Source: Saprolegnia diclina VS20 (Eukaryota). Taken from it: a DNA stretch of 64,000 nt. The notes under the pieces were generated by a model. The model was not told the origin of the DNA, did no database searches, and saw nothing but the letters and a program-made list of their open reading frames with translations. This document shows positions 48,101-58,696 of the stretch, piece after piece (the first letter of the stretch is position 1; each line of letters begins with the position of its first letter). Location of the stretch: the NCBI RefSeq assembly GCF_000281045.1, contig NW_008246081.1, positions 548,204 to 612,203 on the forward strand, given 5' to 3'. The position numbers were made by a program, and so were the translations under genes.

Positions 48101-49704
48101 CTTGGAGGTACTCTTCGACGCTCTGCTCTTCAAAGAGCGCGTACAGCACATGGTACAGGAGCTTGGTAAAGTACATGGGCGCCTCGACAAAGTCGCCGAC
48201 GTCCAAGCTGCTGTGCCAGCCGACGACGCACCCGAGCGCGTGGAGAACGTAGTGCGAAATGTGCTTCTCGGTCCGCGCTTGCGTGTGGCTGTACGCGATC
48301 AGAAACTCGAAAAAGGCCGCGTCCACGTGCGCAAAGTTGGCTTGGCGCGCCACGAGCTGCGAGATTGTCTTGTATACACTTGTCTGCAGCGACGGGTCCG
48401 AGATGAGATGCGAGAGCTGCGCGAGCGAGCTCAGCGCGCCAACGTTGGCCATTTCTTCGCAGCCCAAGCTCTCGAGCGCTAATAGATCCAAGATCGAAAA
48501 GAGGCAATGGAGGTCGTCCGGGTCGGTTGTCGACCGGAGCACGGTCACGGCGGCCCGCACGGTGCCGTTGACGATGAGGGGTTTTCGACAGCTCTCAGTC
48601 TCGGCGAGGCAGTGCACGCAGCTCAGCGCCGTCGAGCGCACAGCCGCATCGGTCGCGGACAAGACTAACCGGTTGAGGATCTCAAAGACATCCGGGAACG
48701 CAATCACTTTGACGCGGTTCGACTTGGTGACGCAGAGGTTGTAGAGGGCTTGGCTGAGGAGGAGTCGGTCGCGGCACACGCGCCCTAGCAGCACATTGAG
48801 CGACGACTTGGGTTGGACGCGGTGTACCGTGCTCAACCAACGCGCGAATGACGTCGGTGATGCGGGGATACGTGTACGTGGGGCAGCTCAAGTTAAAAAG
48901 CGTAAACGAGCAGAGGCGCTCGAGCTTTTCGCCTGTTTTGCGCTGGGCGAGGATGCTCTCGAGCGTCTTTTCCTTGACAAACATGGACTCGAAGCTGTCT
49001 TCGATGCTGAGGTTGGCGGCGGTCGCCAAGACGTTGTACACGAGCATCTCGTCGGACGAGATCGACAAAATCGACTGCAACAGCGAGAGACACCCGTTCT
49101 GGAGCATGAGCTCACGGCCTTTGGCACTGGCGCTGAGGTGGCACATGGCCGAGACACACGCCCGGGACGTCGCGAGGTCCTTTGTCCGGCTCAGCGCGAG
49201 GAGGCTCGGGATCACATTGTCGTGAAAGAGGTTTGGGTGCAGCACGGGGTTGGCGGCCATGGCGTCGATCGCGGCCGCGCACTGCCGCTTGCGGTTGAGC
49301 TTTTGCTCGCGGCCACCGCCGCCACCCACGTCGGCGAGCAAGATCGACTCGTCCGCATGGCGCACGGGCGTGAGCTTGGCCATGCCCACTTTTCGCTTGG
49401 ACTTGGACGGCGTCGACTGGCGACGGGCCGAGAGCGAGGGCTCCGAGATGGACGGCGCGAGCGACTTTAGATTTCGGCGCGGCAGCCGCGAAAGGTACAA
49501 CAGCGCTTCCGTGTAGAGCCCGCGCTGGTAAAAGGTGTCGCCCTTGTACGTGAACCCGAGGTGCGGCACCGGGTCGTGCACCCAGTCGCGCCGGTCGTCG
49601 CCGAGTCCGTCGTCCGAGTGACGCGAGTCGGGCGTCGAGAGATCGGTGCCCCGCGTGTTGCTCCGCTCGAGCTCCGAGGAAGCGACCTCCCGCCGATGCT
49701 CCAT
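45110..49704 (-). CDS. Large armadillo-repeat protein C (multi-exon)
   Basis: Consecutive ARM-rich exons (347-, 620-, 240- and 388-aa ORFs), e.g. KGIVHSLSSLAAAPEEEVRRACAIAFCNLS; joined by short GT-AG introns. Confidence 0.85.
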
Positions 49705-50071
49705 GACGCAGATAGAAATAGACACCTTCCCACCACCGTTACGACTGCAAATTTCGAGGCGGCGGCGCGACCCTTTCCTGCTGCACGAACGTGGCAGCAG
49801 CGCAGCCTCTGGGCGACAGCGCTGAGCTCGGGCGCGCTGCCGACAGTCGCAACATCGAAAGGTGCACCAGAACCTGCCACGTCAACGATGCGAGGACGTA
49901 TCACTCTGTCGGCTCGAACGACGCCTAAGCGCCAGGCGCCGAGCACCTTGCCCGCGCTCGTAGCTCTGGCGCAACGCTGGAATGTTCCGACTGCGGGTTG
50001 TTAAGCCTTGTATCTCGTAGTCCAAGTCATATATAGTAGTAGTTTACTTAGAAGGCATTGCTACCTAGATC

Positions 50072-50512
50072 TTAATCAAAGAAGCCGCCGTCGTCACTCA
50101 AGGCCGCGCCAAGGATGACGCCGCCGGCCAAGCCGAGGGCCGCGCCGGCAACAACACCGCCGCCATTGTCGTAGCCATCGCCGTAGCCGCCACCGTAGCC
50201 ATAGCCGCCACCATACATGACCGGGGCCGGCGCACCGTACACCACCGGGCCCCCCATGACGACCTGCGGCGGGCCAACAATGACCGGCGGCGGGGCCATC
50301 ACCACCGGGGGCGGGGCAGCGTACACTGGTTGAGGTGCAGCGTACACCGGCGGTGGCGGGGCATACATGGGACGCGACGCCTGGGCGGCCATTTGTGCCT
50401 GCTGCTGCGCGAGCTGGGCTTGCTGTTGTTGCAGCTGCATCTGCTGCTGCTGGATCGTCTGCTGCTGCATCGCTTGCTGCTGCTGCTGAAGTTGGTGTTG
50501 CTGCTGGTGGAT

Positions 50513-50543
<31 letters not shown>

Positions 50544-51085
50544 TGTTGCTGAGCATACCCGCCGTTGTACGCGGGGGGCTGGCCATAGGCGGGCGGCGCA
50601 CTCGGGTACCCGGGCGCCGAGGGCTGCGCGTAGGCCGGCTGGGCGGGCTGCTGGTAGGCAGGAGGTGGCGCAGCGTAGGGCTGTTGGTGGCCGTACGCCG
50701 GCGGTGCGTGGGCACCGGCGACCCCGAGCATTTGAACGCGGAGGTTGATCTCGCCACGCTGCTGGTTGCGGTAGTTGACCGGGTACCACTGGTCAACGAC
50801 TTGACCACTCGCAAAGATGCTCATGGGGAGGCGGCACGTGCCAATGTAGTCGTCGCTCGTGAAGTTGCTGTCCCAGATCTCAATCACGAGCTGCGAGAGC
50901 TGCATGTCGGCGACCTCAAACACAAACTTGTCGTTCCAGACCGGGTTGCGGCCGCCATTGTCGTGGACGCGCGTCTTGAAGGTGCGGTGGCCGACCGTGA
51001 CCTTGCAGTACGGGTCTTGCTTCCCAAAGGTCTGGGCGTCATGGAGGTTGCGGGCCGAGACCGCGCGGACGTGGAGCTCGGGCAT
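50072..51085 (-). CDS. C2-domain protein with a Pro/Tyr/Gln-rich low-complexity tail and terminal glycine zipper
   Basis: LHVRAVSARNLHDAQTFGKQDPYC...NGGRNPVWNDKF...IWDSNFTSDDYIG; polyQ; GVVAGAALGLAGGVILGAAL. An INR/FPR-like CGCATTTCCCATTTCC lies at 51112-51097. Confidence 0.92.
50399..50551 (-). repeat. CAG/CAA-rich coding microsatellite (polyglutamine)
   Basis: (CTG/TTG)n on the plus strand; longest run is about 13 Gln codons at 50513-50551. Confidence 0.9.
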
Positions 51086-51591
51086 TCTGGGAAATAGGAA
51101 ATGGGAAATGCGTTGGCCAACTTTTTTTAGCCAGCTGCCGGTAAACCCAGCATCCATCCAATACAAACGACGAGCTTAAACCTACACTCTTCGTCCGGAT
51201 ACATGATGGCTTCCCGAGAAAATCGCAGAATTTCCCGTGTTGCAATGCGCCACCCTCCTCGAGCAAGGATTTCTCCACGGCAACGATCCGTGCAAGCAAG
51301 CCTCCTTCTCGACCTTCGCGGAATCGCTAAGGGGCTATCGCCATCACGTACCGATACAAAATCGGGTCCGAGCTGGGGTGCGTACGGTTGTGGTCCTGCC
51401 CTGATAGGTTGCGTGCTGTTAGATCCCTGCACGTCGTTTCGCCGACTCTCTGTTGGCAACGTCAACAGCGTTGTTTCGAAGGATTTTCCCTGCAGTCCTT
51501 TTTATTCGGCTGAAATCTCCATGGTGTACTTGATGTTTGTAAGTGGAATTGTGCAATGGTATTAAAATTCAATTCCCACTTTGCCGTATCA

Positions 51592-52242
51592 ATGCTGCAG
51601 CTCGACGTCCGGGCGCCGGCCGCGCGCAACCTCGTGGTCCTCGACGACTACAGCCCGCTCGCGCCCTTCTGCAGGGGCACGCTGGGCAACCAACGAGAGA
51701 TCACCGACGTGGCTGCGAACGGAGGGAATGCCCCCCGCTGGTACCGCAAGATGACCTTTACGGTCAGCCTGTATGAGACCGACGTCTTCCAGCTCGAGGT
51801 CTATGACAAGAACGACCTGGAGAGGGGCATGCTCGGCGCCTGCCTCTTCCGCGTCCGCGACTGGAAGGTCGGTCAGCTCTACGACCGATGGTACCCGCTC
51901 TACTACGGCACCATGTACGCAGGCGAGCTGCACATCGCCGTCCAGCTCATTAGCCGGCCCGACCCACCGCGGCCTGCACCAGCGCCCGTCGCCGCGCCCG
52001 CGCCACCACCAGAGGTACCTCGCTTCGTGGCGCAGCCAGGTTACCCTGCGTACTCTGCGCCCAGCTTTGAGACTCTCGTGTCGGGCATGCCGTCCCCGCC
52101 GCCATCGCCGTCGCCAGCACCGAGCCCTCCCCGCTCGCCAACGCCACGCCACTTGGCACAGCCGGGGTATCCCGGTTATCCTCGTGCGCTCACGCCCACG
52201 TTTCGCCCGTGGGGCTATCGCAGCTCTTCGCTGCAGCAATAA
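51592..52242 (+). CDS. C2-domain protein with a Pro-rich tail (divergent paralog)
   Basis: LDVRAPAARNL...ANGGNAPRW...FQLEVYDKN...DRWYPLYY...GELHIAVQL; AQPGYP occurs twice. Confidence 0.8.
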   Translation: MLQLDVRAPAARNLVVLDDYSPLAPFCRGTLGNQREITDVAANGGNAPRWYRKMTFTVSLYETDVFQLEVYDKNDLERGMLGACLFRVRDWKVGQLYDRWYPLYYGTMYAGELHIAVQLISRPDPPRPAPAPVAAPAPPPEVPRFVAQPGYPAYSAPSFETLVSGMPSPPPSPSPAPSPPRSPTPRHLAQPGYPGYPRALTPTFRPWGYRSSSLQQ

Positions 52243-52268
52243 TCTTATGTCAAATCGCGTGTCTGAAG

Positions 52269-53906
52269 TTACGCAACCTTGCGCTCGATAAAGTCGTGCG
52301 GAGACCAGACAGGACACACTTCGAATCGCCGCGCCTTGATGGGCTTGGCCGGCCGCTTCGGCGCCGGTGCTGGTGCCTTGGTTGCGGCATCCGGAACCTT
52401 GTCGGCGTCCGCTGCCTTGGGCGGTTTGGGGGTCTTGAGCACCTTCTTGGCGGCGCCGGTGGCGCTGGCTGCCGTGGCACCCGCCTTCTTCGTCAGCGGC
52501 GTTACGTGGGGCGTCGCGCTGTGACCGCTCTCCTTCCGGCCGAGCTTGACGAGGTCCCGAACGACAGCCATGTCGATCGAGTTGGTCGGAAAGCAGCCGA
52601 CCATCTACCGTAGCGTTTCAACATCCACCCAAGTCATCCAAACACGCACCTTGGTGTAGAGCCGATTTCGCTCCTTCGGGACGCTCAGAATCACTGTCTC
52701 GGCCTCGTCCAAGTGCTTCTTGTCGTCTTGCTTGAGGAGCTGTCTACGCAGCGTGAGCGTGCCACGTATTGTACGAGCCGCGCGTTCGTACCGGTATTCG
52801 TTCTCTTTGGTGACCCAGTCTTCCATCTTGGCGGCCGCGCTGTACGTAGCCACCGCCAACGCCGTGTCCTTGAGGACGTCTACACCATCCCATACGTATG
52901 CAGACGCAAGCCCATCGTGTACCTTCTTTGAAGCCGTCGACCGACATGACGTCGCTCTCTTCCGCGCGAACCTTGTGGGGCTCGACCTACTGGGCGTGAG
53001 ACAACGTCGGCAAATGACGGCGTACGAGCTTGGCCATATCGAGAAAGTGGTCGTCGGCGTCGGTCTTGGCCTGGCGCGCATGGTCGCGGGCTTCGAGCCG
53101 GGCCATGTGGCCGCGCAGTGACGTTTTGGTGTAGGGCAGAAATTGCATCAGACTCGTAATGTACCCGTTGACGCGCCAGCGCTGCGGGTGGGCGTTCACG
53201 ACGGTCCGATCGACGTCGCGGAACCCGTCGTCAAAGGCCGGTGGCCATGCCTTTGTGGTTCCGTGCTCGGCAAAATCTAGATGCGGACTGTGAAAGGCGA
53301 ACACATGAGATTGAACGTACAGCTCGCGACAAACTCGCGAAACTTGGCGACGACAGCGTCGACCTCGGCGCCGGGCTGCCACTCGTCGCCCCAGTCGTCC
53401 ATCTCTTCCGCGTGCTTCTTGCTCTTCTTCCGGAGTGGCTCGTCGTCGTTGTCGACACCGCGCGCGACCGGCGCCGCCTTGAGCTCCTTGATCGTCTCGA
53501 TGCGGTCGCCCGCGTTCACAAAGAAGCCGCTGTGCTTGGTCTTGACCTGTGTTTTCGAGTACGTACTCTCGATCGACTCGTGCAAGTCCGTGTCGTCGAT
53601 GAACGAGTCGTCCGAGTCGTACAGGTCGTCGTGGTCGACGTTCTTGCGCACGACGGTGTCCTTCATGTCGAGCGGCCCGCCGCGGCCATAGCGCTGCTCG
53701 AGGTGCTCGATGATGTTAAACTTGCCACGACTCGGGCGCGCGGGTACGAGTGGCGGCGTGGATGGCGGCCCGTCTTCGTGCGGCAGCGCAGACGCATCGG
53801 TGGGCGCGGCCTCGACCGGCGCCGTGTCCTCGCCTAGCGTGGCCTTGAGCGCCTTGAAGCTGATCTCGTTGGACGCGTCGAGGGACACGTGGAAGCGCAA
53901 GCGCAT
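52269..53906 (-). CDS. UBN: Ubinuclein/Hpc2-like HIRA-complex subunit (HUN domain), 4 exons
   Basis: FNIIEHLEQRYG...LYDSDDSFIDD...SGFFVNAG is the HUN domain signature; LMQFLPYTKTSL fits the middle domain. Confidence 0.8.
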
Positions 53907-54224
53907 GCTGCTGCTGGATCGCTGACCGACCAACGGACTTGGTCGTTTTTTGTTTGCACGGGAACACGGAAATTTCCGGAGTTTTTCCGGACATCAAGCT
54001 GCCCTTCATATTACAATACTGGTATGCGGCTTCAAACCCACAAAATTGGTCATCGAGCTTCGGACATTCCTGCAACTCGGTAGCAATAATGTCCTCTCGT
54101 CTCTTGCGTCCCATGACAAGCGTCTATACTCCTCCTTGAGTCCATAATTGCACAAAAATGTACTTTTTCAAACTTATGTTCTCTCAACTATACAAAAAGT
54201 GTCCTTTTTAACTCAGACACGAAA

Positions 54225-56183
54225 CTAGCGAGTTAGGAATTGGCGGAGAACGGCCGTTTGCGCTGCAGAGGACGTCGCCGCTGCTTGCAGCGCCTGCAGC
54301 GCGTGCTGGAATCGGGGGCTTGTGCGCCGATGCGTCGCGACCGCCTCGACGCCTTGGCAAGCTTTCGAGCCCGCGGTGAGCAGCAGCAGGTGGGCCAACC
54401 CCGCGTCGTTCTTGGCGTCGCCGTCACAGCACCGACGAATCGCGAGGGCCACGTAGGCGCTGTGCAAAGCGGGTGGCAGCGCAACCGCCCACAAGGCGGC
54501 AGGCAGCGCCCGGACCCCCTTGGGATGCTGGATGAGAATATCCAGGAGCGGTGGCACGTCGAGAAGGAATGCACAGATGCTATCGGTGAGATCGCATGGC
54601 AGTCGCATCCTCAAGAGGGCGCGAGTGGTCGGCGTGACAGCATGCTTGCACATCCATGCTTGGAGCTCGAGCGCGCCGACAAGCTTTTCTTCCGTCGGTG
54701 GCATGTATCTGTAAGCCACCGCGTCGCGCGCGTTTGACCACCAGCCGCGCGCAAGGTCGTAGCACCAAGCGTCCAGCTGCGCATCCAGGAATGTGGTCAA
54801 ATGGCAAAGGACGTGGTAGCGGAATCGCGCGGACGTCAGCGTATGCAGGTTGCGCATCGGTGCGTCCATGGCCGCGCGGCCAAATCGGTGGACGGCCATC
54901 GCCACGAGCGCTGCCACCTCGTACTGCGTATCCCACTGGCGCTCGGAAAGGAACTGACCGAGCAGCGTCACGTCACCATAGTCGTAGAGGAGACGCGCGA
55001 TCTCCAAAAGCATTTCTGTCGTGCGCTCATCTTGCTTCGGACCCGGTTCGTCGGAGATGAAGAGGCGCGTCGCAGCTGCAAAGAGCGCCGAGCGCGATTC
55101 GAACCCGAGGTTGTCGTCGTCTTGGGGGCTACCACTCAAGATCGATCGCAGTAGCGCGATGGTCCGCGGCAGACCGAGCAGTGTCAACCGGTTGGCCTTG
55201 GGCCAAAAGACGAGGCAGGCGAGGGACGCGTCCATCTCGTGGAAGGCATTCACGTCGCCGTAGAGAAACGTTGCGATCGAGCGCCACCGACAGGTTTCCT
55301 GCACGAGCGCCGGCGTCGCGCATTGCGGATGAAACGTCTCGTCGAGGAGCGCGATCGGGTAAGTCGGCTCGTCAGCGCCGTTCCCCCAGACGTACGTGTG
55401 GTACTCGCCGACGCGCATGAACGCCATGTCAAAGCAGCCAGCGTCTAAAAGCCAGTCGACGACTGCCTTGTCACGGCCGCCGAGCGAGGCGAAATGTGGC
55501 GATGCGCTCGGGGTCTCCAGGATGACCTGCATCGCGCAGTACTCTTCCTCGGCTTGATTCGCAATCGCTTGGTCGATCTGGACGTGCGACGGCAGCGGCG
55601 GCGGTGCCCACACCATGGCAACCTTGTGCGTCCACGCGTGGTACGCGACATGGTGCACAAGAACGCCGCGGGTGCCAGAGACAATGGGGGCGACGGCGAC
55701 AGTGCATGTGTTCAGGTAGACCACATACTGCCCGTCGAGCGCGTCGAACGTTGTCGTGCGGTCGTCGAACGTGATGGTGACGGCGCCGCCCACGCAGTCG
55801 GACGGGCAAAAGTACAGCAGCGTCGCAAACGTATGTGCTGGGCCGTGCAACGCCCGAAGTACGGACGCCGACCCAACGCCGTCGAGAGCCACATGCGCAA
55901 GCTCGACGTCGTAGGGGCGATAGTCAGTCAGCTTCAGTCGGTCTAGAACCTGACTCCACGACTCCTCGTTATTGAGATGGGCGCAGGACGTGACGGCTGC
56001 TGGCGGCAGCACACGTAGCTGGTCCGGACTTGTCAGCAAGGCCGCCGCGTGCTCGGGCGAAAGCGGCCAGTCGACATCGATACCGCAGATGGTCATTCGC
56101 GCGTCCGTATTTCGGCTCTTGTGATTGAAGCAGTGCGGAAGCATGATCCCTTGGACATAGGCAAAGAGGTCGGCGTCAGCCAT
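54225..56183 (-). CDS. Uncharacterised protein with a degenerate 2OG-Fe(II) oxygenase-like domain (paralog 1)
   Basis: 652-aa ORF; FATLLYFCPSDCVGGAVTI...VAPIVSGTRGVLVHHV resembles the DSBH core, but there is no HxD...H triad. Confidence 0.75.
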   Translation of the reverse strand: MADADLFAYVQGIMLPHCFNHKSRNTDARMTICGIDVDWPLSPEHAAALLTSPDQLRVLPPAAVTSCAHLNNEESWSQVLDRLKLTDYRPYDVELAHVALDGVGSASVLRALHGPAHTFATLLYFCPSDCVGGAVTITFDDRTTTFDALDGQYVVYLNTCTVAVAPIVSGTRGVLVHHVAYHAWTHKVAMVWAPPPLPSHVQIDQAIANQAEEEYCAMQVILETPSASPHFASLGGRDKAVVDWLLDAGCFDMAFMRVGEYHTYVWGNGADEPTYPIALLDETFHPQCATPALVQETCRWRSIATFLYGDVNAFHEMDASLACLVFWPKANRLTLLGLPRTIALLRSILSGSPQDDDNLGFESRSALFAAATRLFISDEPGPKQDERTTEMLLEIARLLYDYGDVTLLGQFLSERQWDTQYEVAALVAMAVHRFGRAAMDAPMRNLHTLTSARFRYHVLCHLTTFLDAQLDAWCYDLARGWWSNARDAVAYRYMPPTEEKLVGALELQAWMCKHAVTPTTRALLRMRLPCDLTDSICAFLLDVPPLLDILIQHPKGVRALPAALWAVALPPALHSAYVALAIRRCCDGDAKNDAGLAHLLLLTAGSKACQGVEAVATHRRTSPRFQHALQALQAAATSSAAQTAVLRQFLTR

Positions 56184-56402
56184 TGTCGCCGGTTTGAAAA
56201 CGTCCTTTTGACGAGCTCGGTTGATTTGCTTGTATCCGGATGTCCGGTAAAACGAGGTTGGTCATGGCCCAAGATACGTTGGCAGCAAATTCTGCGTTGG
56301 CTCGAATGAAGGCAACCGTACTGCATAGTCCATCGAGCCTGGTCGTGGACGACCCGCCGAGGTTACTACCAAGATCCATACACTGTATTGCAATGGTTAA
56401 GG

Positions 56403-57917
56403 CTACGTAGTCCAGGGCTGGAAGCGCAATGTCAACGGCTTGTTGGGCACGAGCAGGAGCTGCAAAATAGGCTTGGGGTGCGTCTCTTCGGGGATCCACT
56501 GCATCTCCATGCGGCGAACAAGGTGCGCGAGAGCGAGGTAAATTTCGGTCTCGGCCAAGCGACGGCCAATGCAGCTGCGCGAGCCCATGCCAAAGGGCAG
56601 TGTCGAGTACGCCTTCTTCTTCCGGGCGGCGGGTGTCGCATGGTCCCGGTCAATCCAGCGCTCGGGCTTGAAGATCTCGGGTTCGTCAAACACGGCGGGG
56701 TCGCGGCTCATCGTGTACGTGGCCATCATGACGCTCGTGCCCTTCGGGATGTCGTAGCCGAGAACTGTCATGTCCTGGGAGAGAATCCGCTGGTTCGGAT
56801 TAGCCGCCGGGTACAGGCGCAGGGTCTCCTTGACGACTGCTCGAATGTACGAGAGCTTTTCGTGGGCGGCCGCGTCAAATTCGGTGGCGCCGTCCAGTAT
56901 CGACTCGACCTCGGCACGCATTTTGAGTTGGATCTCGCGGCTATGGGGCGACGTCGCAATGCAGTAGAGTGACCAGAGCAGTGCAATTGACGTCGTATCG
57001 ACGCCGCCGAACAGAATCTCGATCGCCTGCGTGATCGCGTCCGTCTCGTCGAGCTCGGGCCGCTGCAGAAACATCGTGAGCAAGTCGGGCGCCGTGACCT
57101 CGGTCGACGCCAGCTTTTCTTGCACCATCTCGTGCCCCAAGCGGAAGATATAGTCCGAGTGCATGACGTGCTCCTTGTACGCCGGCAGTAGCTTGTACAC
57201 AAAAAGTGGCGCCTTGGGCGGGACCGCCATGAGCTGCTGCGACGTCGCAAAGAAGCCGTCAACGGCGCTGATCAAGGCCTGGGCCGTCGGAGCGATCGGC
57301 GTCAAGTGGTCGGGCGACAAGCAGCCCATGCGCTTCCCAAACACGAGCGACGAGACCGCTTCCAGCGCAAATGCCTTGGTGAGCAGCGTCACAGGCACCT
57401 CGCCCGTCGACGACGCACTCGCTTGGGCGCAGACGCGCGCGGCGAGGTCGTTCGCAACAGCGTCGACACGCGGCACCCACGTGCCGACGTTGTGCGGCTG
57501 CAGCAAATGGGCGCCCAAACTGAGCCGGTACTTCTTCCACACGGCATACTCGTTGGTGTTGGCGAGGCCCACGGGCAAGTTGCGCTCGTCCCGGTACAGC
57601 TTCCAAAAGTCAAAGGTCTGGCGCTGCGGCATCGCGCCTTCGTGCCGGTAGATCTCGGCGGCTGCGTCTGGGTCCGAAATACTGACCGTGTACGGCTGGA
57701 ACGGCATAAAGCGGAGGCGGTAGATCGGGCCGAGCGACGTGTGGAGCTTGTGGAAGCGCTCAAAGAGCAGGCGGAACCCGTCACTCTCAGCAAAGTAAGC
57801 GTAGCTGCTGCGCAACGGACCAAAGCCCGTCTCGGGCGCGACAGGGATGTCGCGGAGGCATGGGGCCGCCTCGGTGGCGACGGCGGCCAACGTCGACTTG
57901 AGGCGTGCGCGGAGCAT
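56403..57917 (-). CDS. Cytochrome P450, mitochondrial-clan-like (copy 3)
   Basis: GGVDTT, KETLR, PERW, FGMGSRSCIG. Start MLRARLKSTLAA was chosen by alignment with copies 1 and 2. Confidence 0.96.
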   Translation of the reverse strand: MLRARLKSTLAAVATEAAPCLRDIPVAPETGFGPLRSSYAYFAESDGFRLLFERFHKLHTSLGPIYRLRFMPFQPYTVSISDPDAAAEIYRHEGAMPQRQTFDFWKLYRDERNLPVGLANTNEYAVWKKYRLSLGAHLLQPHNVGTWVPRVDAVANDLAARVCAQASASSTGEVPVTLLTKAFALEAVSSLVFGKRMGCLSPDHLTPIAPTAQALISAVDGFFATSQQLMAVPPKAPLFVYKLLPAYKEHVMHSDYIFRLGHEMVQEKLASTEVTAPDLLTMFLQRPELDETDAITQAIEILFGGVDTTSIALLWSLYCIATSPHSREIQLKMRAEVESILDGATEFDAAAHEKLSYIRAVVKETLRLYPAANPNQRILSQDMTVLGYDIPKGTSVMMATYTMSRDPAVFDEPEIFKPERWIDRDHATPAARKKKAYSTLPFGMGSRSCIGRRLAETEIYLALAHLVRRMEMQWIPEETHPKPILQLLLVPNKPLTLRFQPWTT

Positions 57918-58696
57918 CGAAAAATGCGACCAGTGGCCGAGAAGGCGCCAACTGATAGGACGAGCGCGATCTGACAATTGGGTCAGATTCTGGTTCGTAC
58001 CCACACTTAATAGGTACATGCCTGGAGCCCCAGTCGTGCGATCCCACCAGACGCACGTCAATAGCCTCGTTGAGAGAAGCGCCATAAAGTGCACAGTCGC
58101 CGCACTGTCCTGGTTGAAGGCCGCAAGCATTTCTCCAAAGATCGGTGCAGTTGCCGTTGACGACGCATTTTCATTGGCTAGCGTCGGCGAATCAGATTCC
58201 TTGAAACCTTCGATATTTCCGCGAGGGCGCGGGCGCCTTGCTTCGTGCTCGCTGTGTCCTCTCATGAAGTTGGACTCCTTTGCTCCAGTCCAGCATCCAC
58301 TCCACACACTTGCTCTACCTCAACGAACGGTCCCGCGAGCGCTGGCGCTATGTACCGGTAGAATTCGAAACTATCACAATTGCGAACGGTGGCGAGATCG
58401 TGCCACGTGCGTAGTAGCCGCAGATTTTTCGGTACGCGGGCGTGCTCGGGTGCAATGTCTGGCGCATGGCCGCGGCTTCGAGCGAATAGCGGTGGATGAT
58501 TTGAGGGAAACAAAGTGGAGTCGCCTTCGGTGATAGCAGTTGAACTGGATCAGAGCCTGCTTGTGTACGGGTGGGACGACGCGCTGGCGATCGATTCACT
58601 TCCCGCCACAATTTTCACGTCCGTACGGGTTATAAGACGACAAAATGAGGTCGGTCGAGACAAATTATTTGCGAAAAAACACTTGTAGTTTGGCAA

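Noticed and set aside
6305..53906. PAF1, TFIIE-alpha, XPD and ubinuclein as a Pol II transcription cluster
   Set aside because: Apart from one adjacent pair they are scattered among unrelated genes; chance is a sufficient explanation.
57918..58307. 130-aa N-terminal extension of P450 copy 3 as a fusion domain
   Set aside because: It starts at a non-ATG codon and is absent from the paralogs, which all begin at an MLR...KST peptide.
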